Positions 1 to 13,400 of a DNA stretch of 64,000 nt are shown here, piece after piece; position 1 is the stretch's first letter, and every line of letters begins with the position of its first letter. The translations under genes were made by a program, and so were the position numbers. The stretch comes from Tubiluchus corallicola (lineage: Eukaryota > Animalia > Priapulida). The stretch is from contig JAQGDQ010000158.1 of NCBI GenBank assembly GCA_030141605.1, positions 248,001 through 312,000 of the forward strand, given 5' to 3'. The notes under the pieces were generated by a model. The model worked only from the letters and a program-made list of their open reading frames with translations. It made no database searches and was not told where the DNA came from.

Positions 1-186
1 AAGTTATAAGAAAAAACTGCTCAAGGGCACTAGAGACGAGTTGATAATTTGGGGCACTCGAGACGAGTTAATAATTTGAGTCTTTACCTTCTGAATATTG
101 AAAATATTCCATACAAAAATTTTTTACAAAAGATTGGTCAACCACTCCCATTGTTTTCTACACTTAGCTCATTTCAGAATTCTCAC

Positions 187-3100
187 CTTATCTGTTCCCA
201 TTATGTCAGCAAGATCATCTGATAACTGGCAAGGTTTGCTGTATGTGCTTTTCCCTGTTGAAAGAAAGACAAAATGTCATAGACAAAATCAGGTAATATA
301 TTGGGACACTTTTTTACTGCAGAAATAGCTCAGTGGTACGTGCCTCTCAAAATCTTAATGAGTAACACTATGGCAGAGTTAGTGGCACGAGCAGGGACTA
401 CCATGGAATAGACATAGAATGGAAAACTAATTTACTTGTAGCAAACCTGCAGTGACAGAAATGCCACACTAGAAACAGTTAAAGTTGCAACAATATAATA
501 ATGTCTAAATGATAATCAATAAGCTACAATGATAGGCGATATACTAATATAGGGGAAAACAATAATTAATAATTAGCAATAAACAAACAACAACTAACAA
601 CTAATGCACAAAAAATAAACACATTATAAGCGACGAAAAATTGGCAAGTCACAAAATAGGCAAAGAAATATTTAACATTTCTGCAACAAAGATTTTTGAC
701 TAATTATATATATATATATATGCAAGATGTTATTAAGTAAAAAAAATAAACAAAACATTAACTTCAATAATGAATATCAAAATATGAAAAAGAAAATTTT
801 AGGCAGAATAACTTCAATAAATACTTGTGGTAACACTGTCAAAATTTTTGGTGATGCTGACACACACACAACATCACTGCCAACACAAGCTACAAACATG
901 GCAGGAAAAAGGTTTAGAAAATATCTTAAGTCAAAGAGGTTCACCAGGTGCATTTGGTCTTTTATTTCATGCTGTGTGCTTCATGACAGACAAAAAACGT
1001 TTCAAGGCTAAAATGAAAATTTTAGATTTTCTCTCCCTTCTGCAGTGAAACCCAAGTAAATGACACATTTCTAGAATCATAAAATCGAGAAATGATATAT
1101 ACTTTAGTTTAAATGCTCATGTTTAATTTATGAAAAATTAAAATGGACAAACAAAACCAAAGAAAGCATACAATTTTATGAACCAACATTTTGCTTATGA
1201 AATATTTAACTACAGTAAATATTGAGTTATAAATAAATTACCATTCTTGGTTAATTTTCCACTGCTTCATGAAACCATGACTCATACCAAGATTTTGCAG
1301 CCATTATAAGTATATACTCTTAATCTGAGTTAGAACGCATACGAATATGACTGAATTTTTTTTTACCAAAATCAGTTACAGATTGTTCACTAGTAAATAA
1401 TGTGCAAGTTTGGTCTGAGAAAACCGGTATGATTCACATGGTTTAGATCAGAGGTGTGCAAATGATTTGACTAGCTGGGCCACATTAAACTTTCCCGCAA
1501 TTCCTGCGGGCCACAGGCAGTTTGATCAAGGTGCCAAGTACAGAAGGGCCTAATGACGATTTTTTTGCATCCGACCTGCGTACACCATTACTACTACACT
1601 CAAGAAACTATTTTAGAAGTTATTAAAATTTATATTACAAACCATATATTTCTACTTTCGGGACAGATAGTGGTAATTTCATTACAATGCATATTAGTAA
1701 TGTGTATCACACAGTCTGTGTAGTACAGTGACATTAAGCTACAACTGTCTTGTAAGGGTTAATGGCATCCGATCTAGTAGAAAAAACTACACGTACTATC
1801 TTTGGGATTGTGGCACGGACTTCAGCTGGATACACTCAATTAATCGCTCGGGCCGCATTTTCATTAGGTTGTCAAATCTCTTTGCGGGCACAAATTCTCT
1901 CGGCGGGCCGCAAGTTGCACACCCCTGGTTTAGATAATCTTACGTACAGTATGGATGTTTTAATAGCTGTGATCGTAATAGTTTTAATAGCGCTGATAAT
2001 AGATTGATCTAATTTTTGTTCTCAATCATACCCAGACCTGCCAACCATTTGACGTAAAAGAAAGTGTGAAACGTAGAAAGCCCGGGATCACCGCACCCCT
2101 TCCGGGGGTACAAGCAGCATAAATTTTTAGGAGACAAAATCAAAATATCAAAAAATTAAAGCAAAAATAAGAAAAGGCAGTTTTCGGGTACTGCTGAATT
2201 TTCTTATGCTGTTATTGCAGTTCAGTATAATTTATAAATATATAAATATGTTCTTTAGTACAAAAGCTTAATAGCGATCAAGAAATGCTTAATTTTCAAT
2301 AGAGGATGGTCTCTAATCCAGAATTAGTTTTTAAAAGCATATGTAAACTCGAGAAATAGAGAGGGCCTTAAATGACTGCAACATAAATCATGTTTAACAG
2401 TGTAAATATAGAACAATATCTAAAACTAATACCAAAACCTTTTTGTTAATGCATGCAGAAATGTTTTACCAGAGGCACTAGCCACAAGCTACCAATCATT
2501 TAGTTTTGCTCACGACTCCTATAATTGCCTTAAGAGCAAAGAATATCTAATACTACTAATAATACTTTAATTATTTCTTGTCTGTCTGACATTTTTTGTT
2601 TTCTCTTTAACAAAATTCTGTCACATGTTAGTCAGCAAAAGTGGCACTGTCATTCGAGGTTAAATAGTGCAAATCCTTCACAAGCAACAATGAACAAAAA
2701 GACAAAGTTTATATTACGCAAGACTTTTATCAGTGTTACGCTAGCATCCCAAAAGGAAACATTAGAAAACAATGAAGTAAATACTATTACAACAAAACTA
2801 AACAAGCAATAATATTCAAGGCATAATGACTAGACACACCTGCTCTAGAACCCCCAGTTGATTTCCGTTTGGCCGATTTTTTTCGTAACCGAGACGGCCG
2901 TTTACCCTCCTCTCCTTGAAGTTTCCGGGCAAGTTCTGCATCATCCTAAACAATGTGAAAATGCACGGTTTATGAAAGAGAACTAACCTTTAGTAACCTC
3001 TTTTGCAGGTGTTTAATCCAACTGTAAAGTTCAGGAAGTAAATAACGTTGTGTTACCAGCAAAAAATCAGCTTAAAAGTGGAAACCATTCCTCAGAGGTA

Positions 3101-6100
3101 GACAGGTTTACTTACTGATTAAGTAATATCAGGAGGATAAAAATTACAAAAATATAATAATAACATGTTGCAATGTGCAAAATAAACAGAAATTTTAAAT
3201 ACAATTCAATTCAATTCTATTTTATTTTCTCATTAGCAGTTTAAAATTCATCTTAATTATTTTTATATTTCATTGTAGCCGAGAAGGAGCAGCGAAAGAC
3301 CTATTGGTCACTTGGTCAGCTGCCCCTTATTAAAAGTACAAGTTTATTTACAGGGTGATGACATTTCCATAAAACAAATGCAATTCAACTCAAAACAAAA
3401 GAAATTATCATAAGCAAAACAAAACTGCAGTGAATCCGAATTGTTTTGATCCACATTTGGCAAAGCTTAGAAAAATGCACCATTTCAGAGGCTTAGAAAC
3501 ACCGTCAATTTTTAATTATCATTAATGAAAACTTCATAATCTTAATTAACATTCTAGAAAAATTTGAAACTCTACTTACTGGATCACTATCATCACTGTC
3601 ATCTGAGCGTGATGGCGGTTGCTTGCTCTTCAGCTTCCTATTAGGTGGCTTGGACACTTTGGATTTCTTTGGTACAGGTTCCTGTAGGACAAAAAGTATC
3701 AAACACGAGTGAATTTGCAGATTGGAAAAATGTATCACAACAAATCAGCTTCAAGTGTATGATTTTAGCTTCAGCTTTCTCTTATATAATTGTAGACAAA
3801 TTAAAATTTATTAAATTTACTAAACAAACAAGGAAAATAGTTTCACATGTAGTAGATAAGCTGAACTATGCTTCTCTAAGAAAGACATTTTAAAATCTTA
3901 TATACAAATCACTGTAGATTTGTTTATCATCTGTCAGTTCGCTCAATGACAAAATCATTTAGAATTTTATCACCCCTAATAAGCATCCTAACAAGATACA
4001 GTAAACTCCGCATAACTCAAATCAAACCGGACTGAAAAAACTATGAGTTAGGCGATGTTTTCTACCATAGAAATTCCTGCTCCAGACTGTAAGCTAAACA
4101 GAAGGCAGAAAGTCAACCCCTCTATACATACGCGACTAGATTTGATGACAATTACATAAACAATAACAAATTATGCAGTGACAAGGACATGTACCCAACA
4201 TTGTTAAACAATATGACAATGGGGCTAGAGTATAAATTGCATTTTTGAGTTAGACGAAGTAAATTACACGTATTTTGATTAAATGACCACAATTTTTTAT
4301 TTGAGTTAGGTGAAATTTTAGGTTATATATTTTGAGTTAAGTGATGTCTTTTTGAGGGGAAAACGAAGGATTTCATCCGTACCACTGAAATTCTTTGAGT
4401 TAGGCAAAAACTGGAGGTATACATTTTGAGGTTACGTGGAGTTTACTGTATCTATAAATTGTAATATTTTTCTGGTGAGGGGGAAAACGAGTTCTTAAGA
4501 TGAAAAAAGAATAACAGCCAGCATCTCTTAGGCTCTTATTCAGACACAACATCTGCAACATTTCAACTAGTTAACGTAACCACACGCAACGTTCATGCAA
4601 CAATCACCTAAATAAAAATACAGCATAAAAAAATTACAAAAAAAAACAACATAATTTTTTACACAATAATTTTATTTAGGTGGATTGTAGTGTGAACAGA
4701 ATCTTAACTGGTCAAAAAGTTGGAGTGTTTGTGTTTGACGAAAAGCCGTGTCTTTGCCTAAATGGATGCTGTATTTTCATTATAATAACTTTGTTTGCAG
4801 AACGGCTTACATTGTCGGAAATGCCATCATGATCTTGATCAGAAACTGACTCTTCATCGTTATGTTCTTCCAAGCATTGCATTAATAATGCATCAATCTC
4901 TTTTTTCCTGTTCAAGTACAAAGTAATAAAGTGGAAAGTTTATACACATTTTGCAAGGTACAAAAAACTTTATTTACGTTTTACTATAGCTACTTTACTG
5001 TCGCAGTTACAACACTAGGTAACTAAAAACCATGTATGTGCAAAGTTAATTTTGTCAAGTTAAAAGCAAAATGAACTTTTACAAAATTTTGCGAAAGTTC
5101 AAACCAAGCAATTATGCAGTGCAACACTGGCACAGACTAGCATTAAATGAAAAAGAGGAAATTTTATTGTGGGGAAAGCTTATTTTTCCTCTTTTAGTTC
5201 TTTAGTATCACAAATTTTAAAAAGTGACTATAGGTCTAGGGACCGGCTGGGTAAGTGCAAACAGTTGTATGCATCTTAAATATAAAATAACAGACCCAAT
5301 TTGGTGAGCACAGCGTACACAGATTAGTTATAAACTTTTATTACAATTTTTCATATTTTTTAAAAACTGCAGAATATTTTTCAGTTTGAAACAAAAAGGA
5401 ACATATTCATTTAATGATGGTCTTTTGAGCTCCTTACAAGTTTAACTGCCCAGCAGTAGTGGCTCGTAGCTAAAATTAGTGGGGGTGCTGCTTCAGAAAA
5501 TTTTTAGCCATTGTTTTAATACTGTGTAAAACAAAGCAAACATGTGTAACTATAATGTTGTAATTTGTAATTGTAATTTTAAACAAATGAACATATGAAA
5601 GTTTATACATAAACTTGATAAAATCCTAAACAAAATATTTTTTTTGCTTACTGATAGCCTAAATTGTCGCAGTTCAACCTTGATCCATTCACAGTAAGCA
5701 CGTAACAACTGACAGCAAACTGTGTGAGCGACAGTACTTTCTCTACCCGGGTTCAGACAGGCCATGCACACAACAGCCAACGTTGCTGGAGCCTAATGTG
5801 CTGGGCTATGAAGCAAACAGTACTACACTCACGTGCTCTGGTTCCGTACAAGTATAAAGAAAGTACTAAAGAAAAAAGACTTATTATATTGAATATTATC
5901 TATAATATTGAGTGGAAATGGGGGGGGGTGCTGCAGTTCCACAGAACCTATACACCAGCAGCCACTGCTGCCAGGTTTGGCTAAATTTATCAAAAAACAC
6001 CATTATGCCATAAAAACTTTCTGCCTTATGTAGTACAACAAATTCAAGATTCCAAAATCTTGTACAGAATTACAATAATCATCTTGCAAAACTCTCTTAA

Positions 6101-6902
6101 AATTCCGTTATCCTAATAAGATAGTCAAACGCTAGATAGTCAAACAACTCATAAAACTTTCTACCTGTCTGTGAGGTCAGAGTGAAAAAGAGATTCCAAC
6201 TGTTGGCGGACCTTCTTTGACGTAAGTGTAGCGGTGTCACCATTCTTCAGGATACCTGCATGAACAACAGTGCTAGATAAGATAGCCAAATTCTGCAACG
6301 TTACTTCTGTGGTTTTTTGAAGGTCTACATTCTCTACGTTACAAAAATGCTTAGTGGACCTTCTATGGCACAGTCTTGCTCCACACTGGCCAATTTGCGG
6401 ATGGTACCAGTAACCAAATTTTGGGGAACTGGCTCGTGGACTACTTGTCTCTTAGTGCAGTGTACTTGAAATAACAAAACTAACAAACTAAACTGATCAG
6501 ACTTAGAAATGTCTATGTACTGGTAAGTTAGTAGAAAAGCATTAATGTTAAACAGTTGTGGCAGAATGGGAATCTATGCTAGCTTATTATCAAGGATAAT
6601 TTGTCTAGGATCCAGCCCAAATGGCAGACAAATTTAACCTGATTATGACAGCATTATTAAGTACTAAGTGCAGATATGCTAATTAATGCATACAGAATAA
6701 TGGTATGCAGTTTGTAAAAGACACGAATAAAATTTAAGAAATGACTCATCCCAATTTTTATCCTTTTAAATGAGATTCAAAGAGTGGTGGACACGAATTT
6801 TAATAAATTTTATTTTCTAAATCTAAGGAGAAAATTTAAACAGAAAACCTTACGTTTTATCTCTTTCCGCAACACATCTTTTGTCAGTGATGATTCAGTC
6901 AT
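187..6902 (-). CDS. DEK-C + SWIB/MDM2 domain protein (upstream activation factor spp27/UAF30-like), spliced, 3' end beyond left edge
   Basis: GT-AG exons with consistent phases: 6902-6854, 6255-6165, 4907-4811, 3681-3580, 2945-2840, 254-187. Spliced translation: MTESSLTKDVLRKEIKRILKNGDTATLTSKKVRQQLESLFHSDLTDRKKEIDALLMQCL (DEK-C) ... DDAELARKLQGEE ... GKSTYSKPCQLSDDLADIMGTDK (start of SWIB). Confidence 0.85.
1449..1927. mobile_element. Non-autonomous hAT (Charlie-like) MITE
   Basis: TIRs CAGAGGTGTGCAA / TTGCACACCCCTG; perfect 8-bp TSD GTTTAGAT at 1441-1448 and 1928-1935. Confidence 0.9.
3999..4448. mobile_element. Tc1/mariner (pogo/Tigger-type) MITE
   Basis: TIRs CAGTAAACTCC... / ...GGAGTTTACTG, TA on both flanks, internal TTTGAGTTAG subterminal repeats. 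Confidence 0.8.
5454..5967. mobile_element. Degenerate MITE (hAT-like)
   Basis: Imperfect termini CAGTAGTGGCT / AGCAGCCACTG, GGGGGTGCTGC near both ends, near-TSD CTGCCCAG / CTGCCAGG. Confidence 0.45.
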
Positions 6903-7076
6903 GACGCAATGACAGAAGTCACAATATCCTAAAAAAGTTTGGACAAATTTAAATTCAAGCGTTTAGTCATGTTGCTAGAAGATTTATTTAATAGAAAAAT
7001 TCCAAACTGCTTGTTCTCTACATAAAGCAAAATAATTATTATAATTTATGCATAAAAACAATCCTAACACCACACT

Positions 7077-7091
7077 TATTATTATTATTAA

Positions 7092-7122
<31 letters not shown>
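7077..7122. repeat. (ATT)n microsatellite
   Basis: Direct reading; it generates the spurious poly-I and poly-N ORFs. Confidence 0.9.
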
Positions 7123-8039
7123 GTTAATAAAAGTAGATATCCTATTGACATTTCTAAATGGATCATTGGCTGGTCGAATGTAAAAGCACGGATAAAACTG
7201 TTGCCATTTATCTTTTTTCACTCAGGGTCACCCATAAATTTGTATGGCCATGATTTACCATCACTTGTAGCTTTAGACCCTTTTTCGCTGATCAAGTACC
7301 ACTTTTTGGAAATTTTATCGGCCAATACAAGTCACAAGGTTCACATTTCTTATACAGTTGACATAACTGGCTAGTTAACAGTCCATTTCTGGACATTGGG
7401 TCCTTTTCATGTGAAGTAGTTAAACGGCTTGAACATTTTACATTTAATAAACTGTCTTCTTACATAGAAGTTCCTAGCCATGGCTACAACACAGATCAGA
7501 CGTTTAAGTTTTTCACTTTATCACGAAATAATACAAAAGCACTGAATATGAAAATTTAATCAAGTGAAACGGAAACAAATACTCAGAGGCCACACAAGAA
7601 ATTTTCAGTTTATCTGTGTATTTTCTCAAAACTTTGATCAACACTAAAACTTTGACATTACCAGCTACCATAGTACAAAAATTGGCAGAACAGGCTTTGT
7701 AGTTTTAATACGATAATTTTTTGCAAGCATAAGAGAAAAGAATATTTTTAAATCTTGCAAGGATCCCAGTTTTTTTTCACAATATTTTGCATCTTTTAAT
7801 AGGAAAAATTGAACAAAGTTGTGCATTTTCAGCACCTTTTGGAAAATGCACAACTTTGTTCAATTTTTCCTGTATTTCTGCCATAAATTTTTATTACTAA
7901 GTTACTTTTTAATTATTTTTTCAATTAGATTCTGAGGCTGGTCGAAGATTAGTAATAATTTCAAAAACTGGTAGTAGCAAGCGCACATAGCTACCCTAAA
8001 TGAATTTAAAACAAGCAAAAGCTGACTGCTTGTCCACCC

Positions 8040-8129
8040 CTCTCTCTTGCTCTCCCTCCCCCTCTCTCTTTTGCACTCTCTTTCTCCTCTCTGTCGCTCT
8101 TTTGTTTTCTCTCTCTCTCTCTCTCTCTC
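8040..8129. repeat. CT-rich / (CT)n simple repeat
   Basis: Direct reading. Confidence 0.8.
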
Positions 8130-10244
8130 ACACAAGTTATTCACTTGTGCCATAAGAAATTTATCTTTAAAAGTAAATATGCAATTTTTTAGAATGCAAC
8201 TCATCAGCATCTAATTAGAACACAGTATTGTTACTATTATTGACATCATGCCAGTCACAGAATTTTCTTACATTGAAACAGTACTTAAGCAACTTTCACA
8301 TTTGCGCTGTAGTAAAACGACACAGGAGAAAAGCTTAGCTGGCTGAACAACCAAGCTGCTGCCAGTAAGCCTATAATTATAATTTTTACCTCTGCCAAAA
8401 GGGCAATATTTAACAACAAGATGCTGATGCTCACTAAACGACAGATATTAAAGTTTATTAGGAGTTCACGAAAAGAAAATTTTCAAGAAGTGATCGTGGC
8501 AGGGAGTTGCTGGCAAATTTTCAAATGGTAATAGAAACAAGAATGAGAAGAAGCATCAAGATAAGATTCTGGGATTCAGAATTTTTTTTATCTCTTGTAG
8601 TCCTATACAATAATATCAAGTAGTTGTAGGGTGCCACGTAAAGCACTAGCCCATGGATGTATTGCAGTTACACTAATACGCATTTGCTAAACCATTGCGT
8701 ATATGGGCAGCTCAAATACCTCACTGGTGATGTCACTCACTCTTTTAACTTTACAGAGAGTTTGCAAACCTTTAACTTAAGAATTTTGACAAATGTTTAA
8801 AAATTCTGAAAAAGTCTCTTCATTTTATAAAAAAACTTGTGCTTGGTCGCTGAGTTGATATCAATTTGGCGATATGAAAAGTTACTCGACCAGGTGTTTA
8901 ACTCACGCCAGCATGCAGTACGGAGACATTGTTTTGCGGTGACTTTTCTAACCCATTCACTGCACAAGAGATTGTTTGTTAACAAAGGACCTCATTTTGC
9001 AATTCTAGCGTCATTCAACAAGAGGCTGTTTGTTAACAAAGCAGCTCATTTAGCACTCTAGCGTGATTCAGAAGAAAAAATGTTTGATGAACAAGTAAAG
9101 AAACGAGTCATCTGCCTATGTATGTAGGAAGCATAACAAAATAAAAATGACATGCCTTAACGAAAAGTTGGAATTGGCTAGAAGGCTGACTTATTTCACC
9201 TCCAAAAAGATTAATCTCCAAACCAACTTTAATACTGCTCGTTCACCTGGCTCAGAATTAATAATATCTTATTTTATCGAGTGTTAATTTGTATTTAATT
9301 AATTATTCAAAGTATGCCTACATTGATATTTTAAATTTTTATTATTAAATAAACAAGGAGAATGGACACTGCCACTATGATAAACTCGACTTAATTCCCC
9401 AGCAGATTCTGGTGTAGTATTTGGGCAGCCCACGTACCACACGCGCAACACGGGCTAGTGCGTTACACGGTGCCTGACATAGATTATATTAGAACAATAG
9501 TAGCTTAGAGAAAGGGTGGTGAAAAAACCATAAAGGTTAGCGAATCAGCCACAGAATTGAGCTTGAAATTTAGCCAAAATTCTGGATTCTATGTGTTAAA
9601 GCTGAATACATAGATTGCAAAACGTTAATCGAACAGCGGGCGTCCACCTTGTGATGGCCAATTAACTCTCCTTTTGGCTGCGCTCCTCTGAATTGCGCAA
9701 TAAAAGCGACTCCCAAATACAGACAGAAAATGCAATGAAATATACTGCGAGAGTCAAGGTCAAGTGTGTATTACTATTATTATTTTCTCCAGCCATACAA
9801 GATTTCTGCAACTAAAATTTGTCTAGCAGTAGTACAGAGACATTATAGTGGTGAAACATTGTGTTTCAGTAATAGTTATGTAGACGTATAGTGCCTGGAA
9901 AGACTTGAAACAGTCAGATTCTTCAGATTCCTCAAGCCAAAAAACTCAAATCTGCCACTGAAAAAATCTCTCCAAGCTAGGTAGAGTGGCCAAATTAATA
10001 AACACCTTGTCTGTCTCAAGGTCATTAGTTTCTCTCTTTTTAATTAAAGCTTTTATACTGTTACCAGAGATTGCCAAACACTACTATTGCATTAAAGTTT
10101 GTTAAGGTTGAACATAATTCTATGGCAGACCTCTTAATTATTATTCTGTGTTTATCTGTGTTAATTAACTCACGTTGTATAAACCCGTATTGCATAAGTC
10201 TTTTGGACTGATCATTTTATAAGTTTTATAAAAGATATTTTCAT

Positions 10245-10970
10245 AGTACCAAACTTTTATTTGTACCATATTTTTTCTATACCAAATTTTCCCAGTACAG
10301 TCAACCCTCGTTAAACCGGACTAATTGGGGGGGGGGGGGGGGGTCCGGTTTAGCCGATTGTCCGATTTATCCGATATGCCTATATATGGTCTATATTATA
10401 CAGGAATAATCACCTTAATAAGGCCTATATACATTGCACTATATACTGTGCACTATATACTATATTGTATATTACTTTAAAATAGTCAACCTGTGAGGAT
10501 AAAGAAATTATTGTACAATTTAAATAAAAAATGGCTTTGGCCCGTCAATGGCTTGTGGTGAGTTGGTAGGCCGTGTTGTGTTTAGCGCTCCGGCTCGGTC
10601 AGAAATCGGTCAGTTTCCTTTACCACGGATGACGTCCGTCTTATCCGATATCCGGGCTAAGGGGGTCCGGTTTAACGAGGGTCGATTGTACCAATTAAAC
10701 TTTTCGAGTACTAAACTTTCCTAGCACCAAACCTGTTCTGTACCATTTTTAAATTGCACCATATTTGCAAGTACCAAAAATACCTGTATTAAAAAACTGT
10801 ATTAAATTTTACCAGTATCACATTTTCCCTGTACAATATTTTCCCAGTGCTAAAATTTTCTTGTACCAAAAATTCCTAGCCGCAAAATTTTCCCGGTACG
10901 TAAATTTCCTTGTGCCAAAATTACTAAGACCAAATTTACCTGTACCAAACTTACTAGTACCAAATTTTTT
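10245..10970. repeat. Degenerate ~15-bp tandem array (GTACCAAATTTTCC-like), interrupted by a MITE
   Basis: Recurrent TACCAAA/TACTAAA units on both sides of the 10298-10688 insertion. Confidence 0.6.
10298..10688. mobile_element. Tc1/mariner (pogo/Tigger-type) MITE
   Basis: TIRs CAGTCAACCCTCGTTAAACCGGAC / GTCCGGTTTAACGAGGGTCGATTG; TA TSD. Confidence 0.88.
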
Positions 10971-11172
10971 CTGTTTTTCAGTTTGTTTACATGCTGTAAG
11001 CACTTGCAGCGAGAAAGTTTGTGAAAATGTGTGTTACGTCTTCAAATTGAACGGGCTAAATGCGGCTTGCGATCTGTTTATTCGTTACATTTGCTTGTGC
11101 AGCGTCTTCCAATTGTACTGTAAAACAATTCATATTCATTTGTATTGTCTCAGGGTAGAGAGAGAATGGAGG

Positions 11173-12057
11173 GCACTCTATTAGAATCCAAGCCCCAGTC
11201 GATTTTCACTGAGTGATCACCTATTTGATATGATTGCTTGACGCTGCTCTCAAGATTGCTCATCAATACTCGCAGACCGTCAGCATTTCTATGCCCAGTA
11301 TGTTTGTGTATAGAATTCTGTGAAAATACACATTAAATTTTATTTAACAATTGAGATAATACTGAACATGACTTTGTTCAGTCGAAACGTTAGTTCTTCT
11401 GACTAAATAAATAAATTTTTGGCTTAAATGACCTAAAATTACTTGCTTTACTTGTTATGTGTACGTTCAGTCCACCCCTCGACTAAAATTTAATGTAAAC
11501 AACCTGCTGTGCCAGACATCGCATGAGGCTTAAAAAATTGTTTAGGATCATAACACTAAACACATCGGCAATGACGAGTTTAAAGATATGTACATAAGTC
11601 AGATTTTAATTTTCACAGCCGTTCTGTTAATAAAACGTCATTATTATTAACAGGACGGCTGTGGAAATTAAAATCCGACTGTGACGAACACGGATGATAC
11701 TGAAGATGACTAATAATTGTTATTATAAAAATTACTTATTGTATTTCAATAAAAGTTAGCATAAACACACTTCTCGAAAAAATATGTTACACTGCTTGTA
11801 GCAATTGAATTATTTATTCAGGTTAAAATACATTTTATACGATTGTAGGCCCTATGCATCAAAAACTTTGGTCAAAATGAATATCAATTTGTATTAATTA
11901 AAAAAACAGATGCTACACTTATTGGACTTATATATTTTATTATTTCATTAACTTTTATTCCACCACTACTGAAATTCAGGCACTAATCAATCGAAATAGG
12001 CGCTTGCTCAATGAAAATCGAGCGGTACCTGGATTCTAATTAATAATAATAGAGTGC
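11173..12057. mobile_element. Old MITE with long imperfect TIRs
   Basis: GCACTCTATTAGAATCCAAG...TCGATTTTCA...CCTATTT at the left mirrors AAATAGG...TGAAAATCGA...CTGGATTCTAAT...ATAGAGTGC at the right. Confidence 0.55.
11597..11680. repeat. 84-bp near-perfect hairpin
   Basis: 37-bp arms with 3 differences and a 10-bp loop. Confidence 0.85.
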
Positions 12058-12357
12058 TGAATGGAGAATCACAATCTATCTTACCAAAGAAAGTGAATAC
12101 CGCGGAAATAACCATCAGTATCTTATTAATATTTAACCAAACACTTAAATAGTGATGCATTAAATCTACATAATTAATATATTAACGACTCCCTCACTAA
12201 TTGAGACGAAAACAAATCCTTTCTTCTTCAAAATCTCATTCCACCTATTGCAGGCATTGAGGTATCAACATTTATCGGCGCTATTACACTTTCGCACCTC
12301 CTAGTTTTTTCTAGGTTATTACTAGTTTCTAGGCTCGTAGGTCATTACTCTATTATT

Positions 12358-12553
12358 CTCACGTCATCAGTGAATGTTTCCGCTAATCTCTTGGTAATTT
12401 ACTCATATATTTAGTGTATAATTACCAATAATTATGTTGTATTCACAGTTCTACACGATACAGTTCATATCGCCATCATGTTTGTGTGTAGTCACGTGAC
12501 GAATTTCGTACTAGTGTATGCATTATAATGGCCTAGCTCAAAAGGCACGTGAC
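12358..12553 (-). promoter_or_regulatory. Putative promoter and non-coding first exon of the spp27-like gene
   Basis: E-boxes GTCACGTGAC (12491-12500) and GGCACGTGAC (12544-12553), YY1-like CGCCATC (12471) and minus-strand donor GTGAG at 12362-12358. The ATG exon has an acceptor at ~6929, so a UTR exon upstream is expected. Confidence 0.4.
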
Positions 12554-13104
12554 ACACTTTTATCCTAACCGCATTTACGTAATAAAGAAAAAAGCTTTAC
12601 TTTTATAATCTAATAATACTACAGTAATAAATAAAATTAATGATATGTACTCATTATATACTCATTATCACCACCATTATTGCAGTGTTATTTTTATTGT
12701 TATCGTCATCACTACCACTATTCTGATGCCACTGAAACAGCAAAGATACCGCGATAAATATTTCACATTAATATTTTTGAAGTAGCGAGGGAACACTGTA
12801 ATACGATACAAACTCCCGTGGCTGCAACCATAATAATCATAAATTATGCAAAAAACTAAAAATACAGGTTAAGGGCCACATACGTCCTGGACGAGAGCGA
12901 TTGCGCATTAGTTGTGTAAACACAGTTATTCACGTGGAGCTTCTTGCGTGTTGGTGACGGTAAGTAATGTATGACTTTAATCTGGAATTGTAAAAACCAA
13001 TATTATGGGAATATGGTGTATATTACGCCTGTTGGTCTGCTTTCTGGCCTGCAGGCGTGAAAACAAACAATAGGCCAGAAAAAACTAGGAGGTGCGAAAG
13101 TGTA

Positions 13105-13400
13105 ATAGCGCCCATTTAACAGAGCATTCCACCCACTTCTATCTGCAGCTAACAGCGTAAGTTCTTCTACTCCTAAAGACAGATTTGGTGGAAGTTGTAG
13201 AACATCCTTATTTATCTTAGCTATCCAAGTTGTTTTACGTTTACCAGGTAGTTTTTTGCAAGGTTTTAAGGCTTCCTTTAAGGCGATTCTTACTGGTGAA
13301 ATCTTTCCACCGGTCTTTTTCACTGACGGGAGCCACACTTCTTCTAAAATTTTGTTTGTTGAATGCCGCAAGTAAAAGGGCATTACCGCATCAAACTCAA
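13105..13400 (-). mobile_element. 3' fragment of an RTE-clade LINE ORF
   Basis: ALKPCKKLPGKRKTTWIAKINKDV...LAADRSGWNAL matches the RTE C-terminal GRPxxxW...AxDRxxW signature. Confidence 0.7.

Noticed and set aside
2033-2120. hAT Tip100-like terminus CAGACCTGCCAAC
   Set aside because: No partner TIR or TSD found.
6984-7374. Poly-Ile and poly-Asn ORFs
   Set aside because: Produced by the (ATT)n microsatellite.
10765-11184. 139-aa ORF with VPN/VPK repeats
   Set aside because: Translation of the 15-bp degenerate DNA array.
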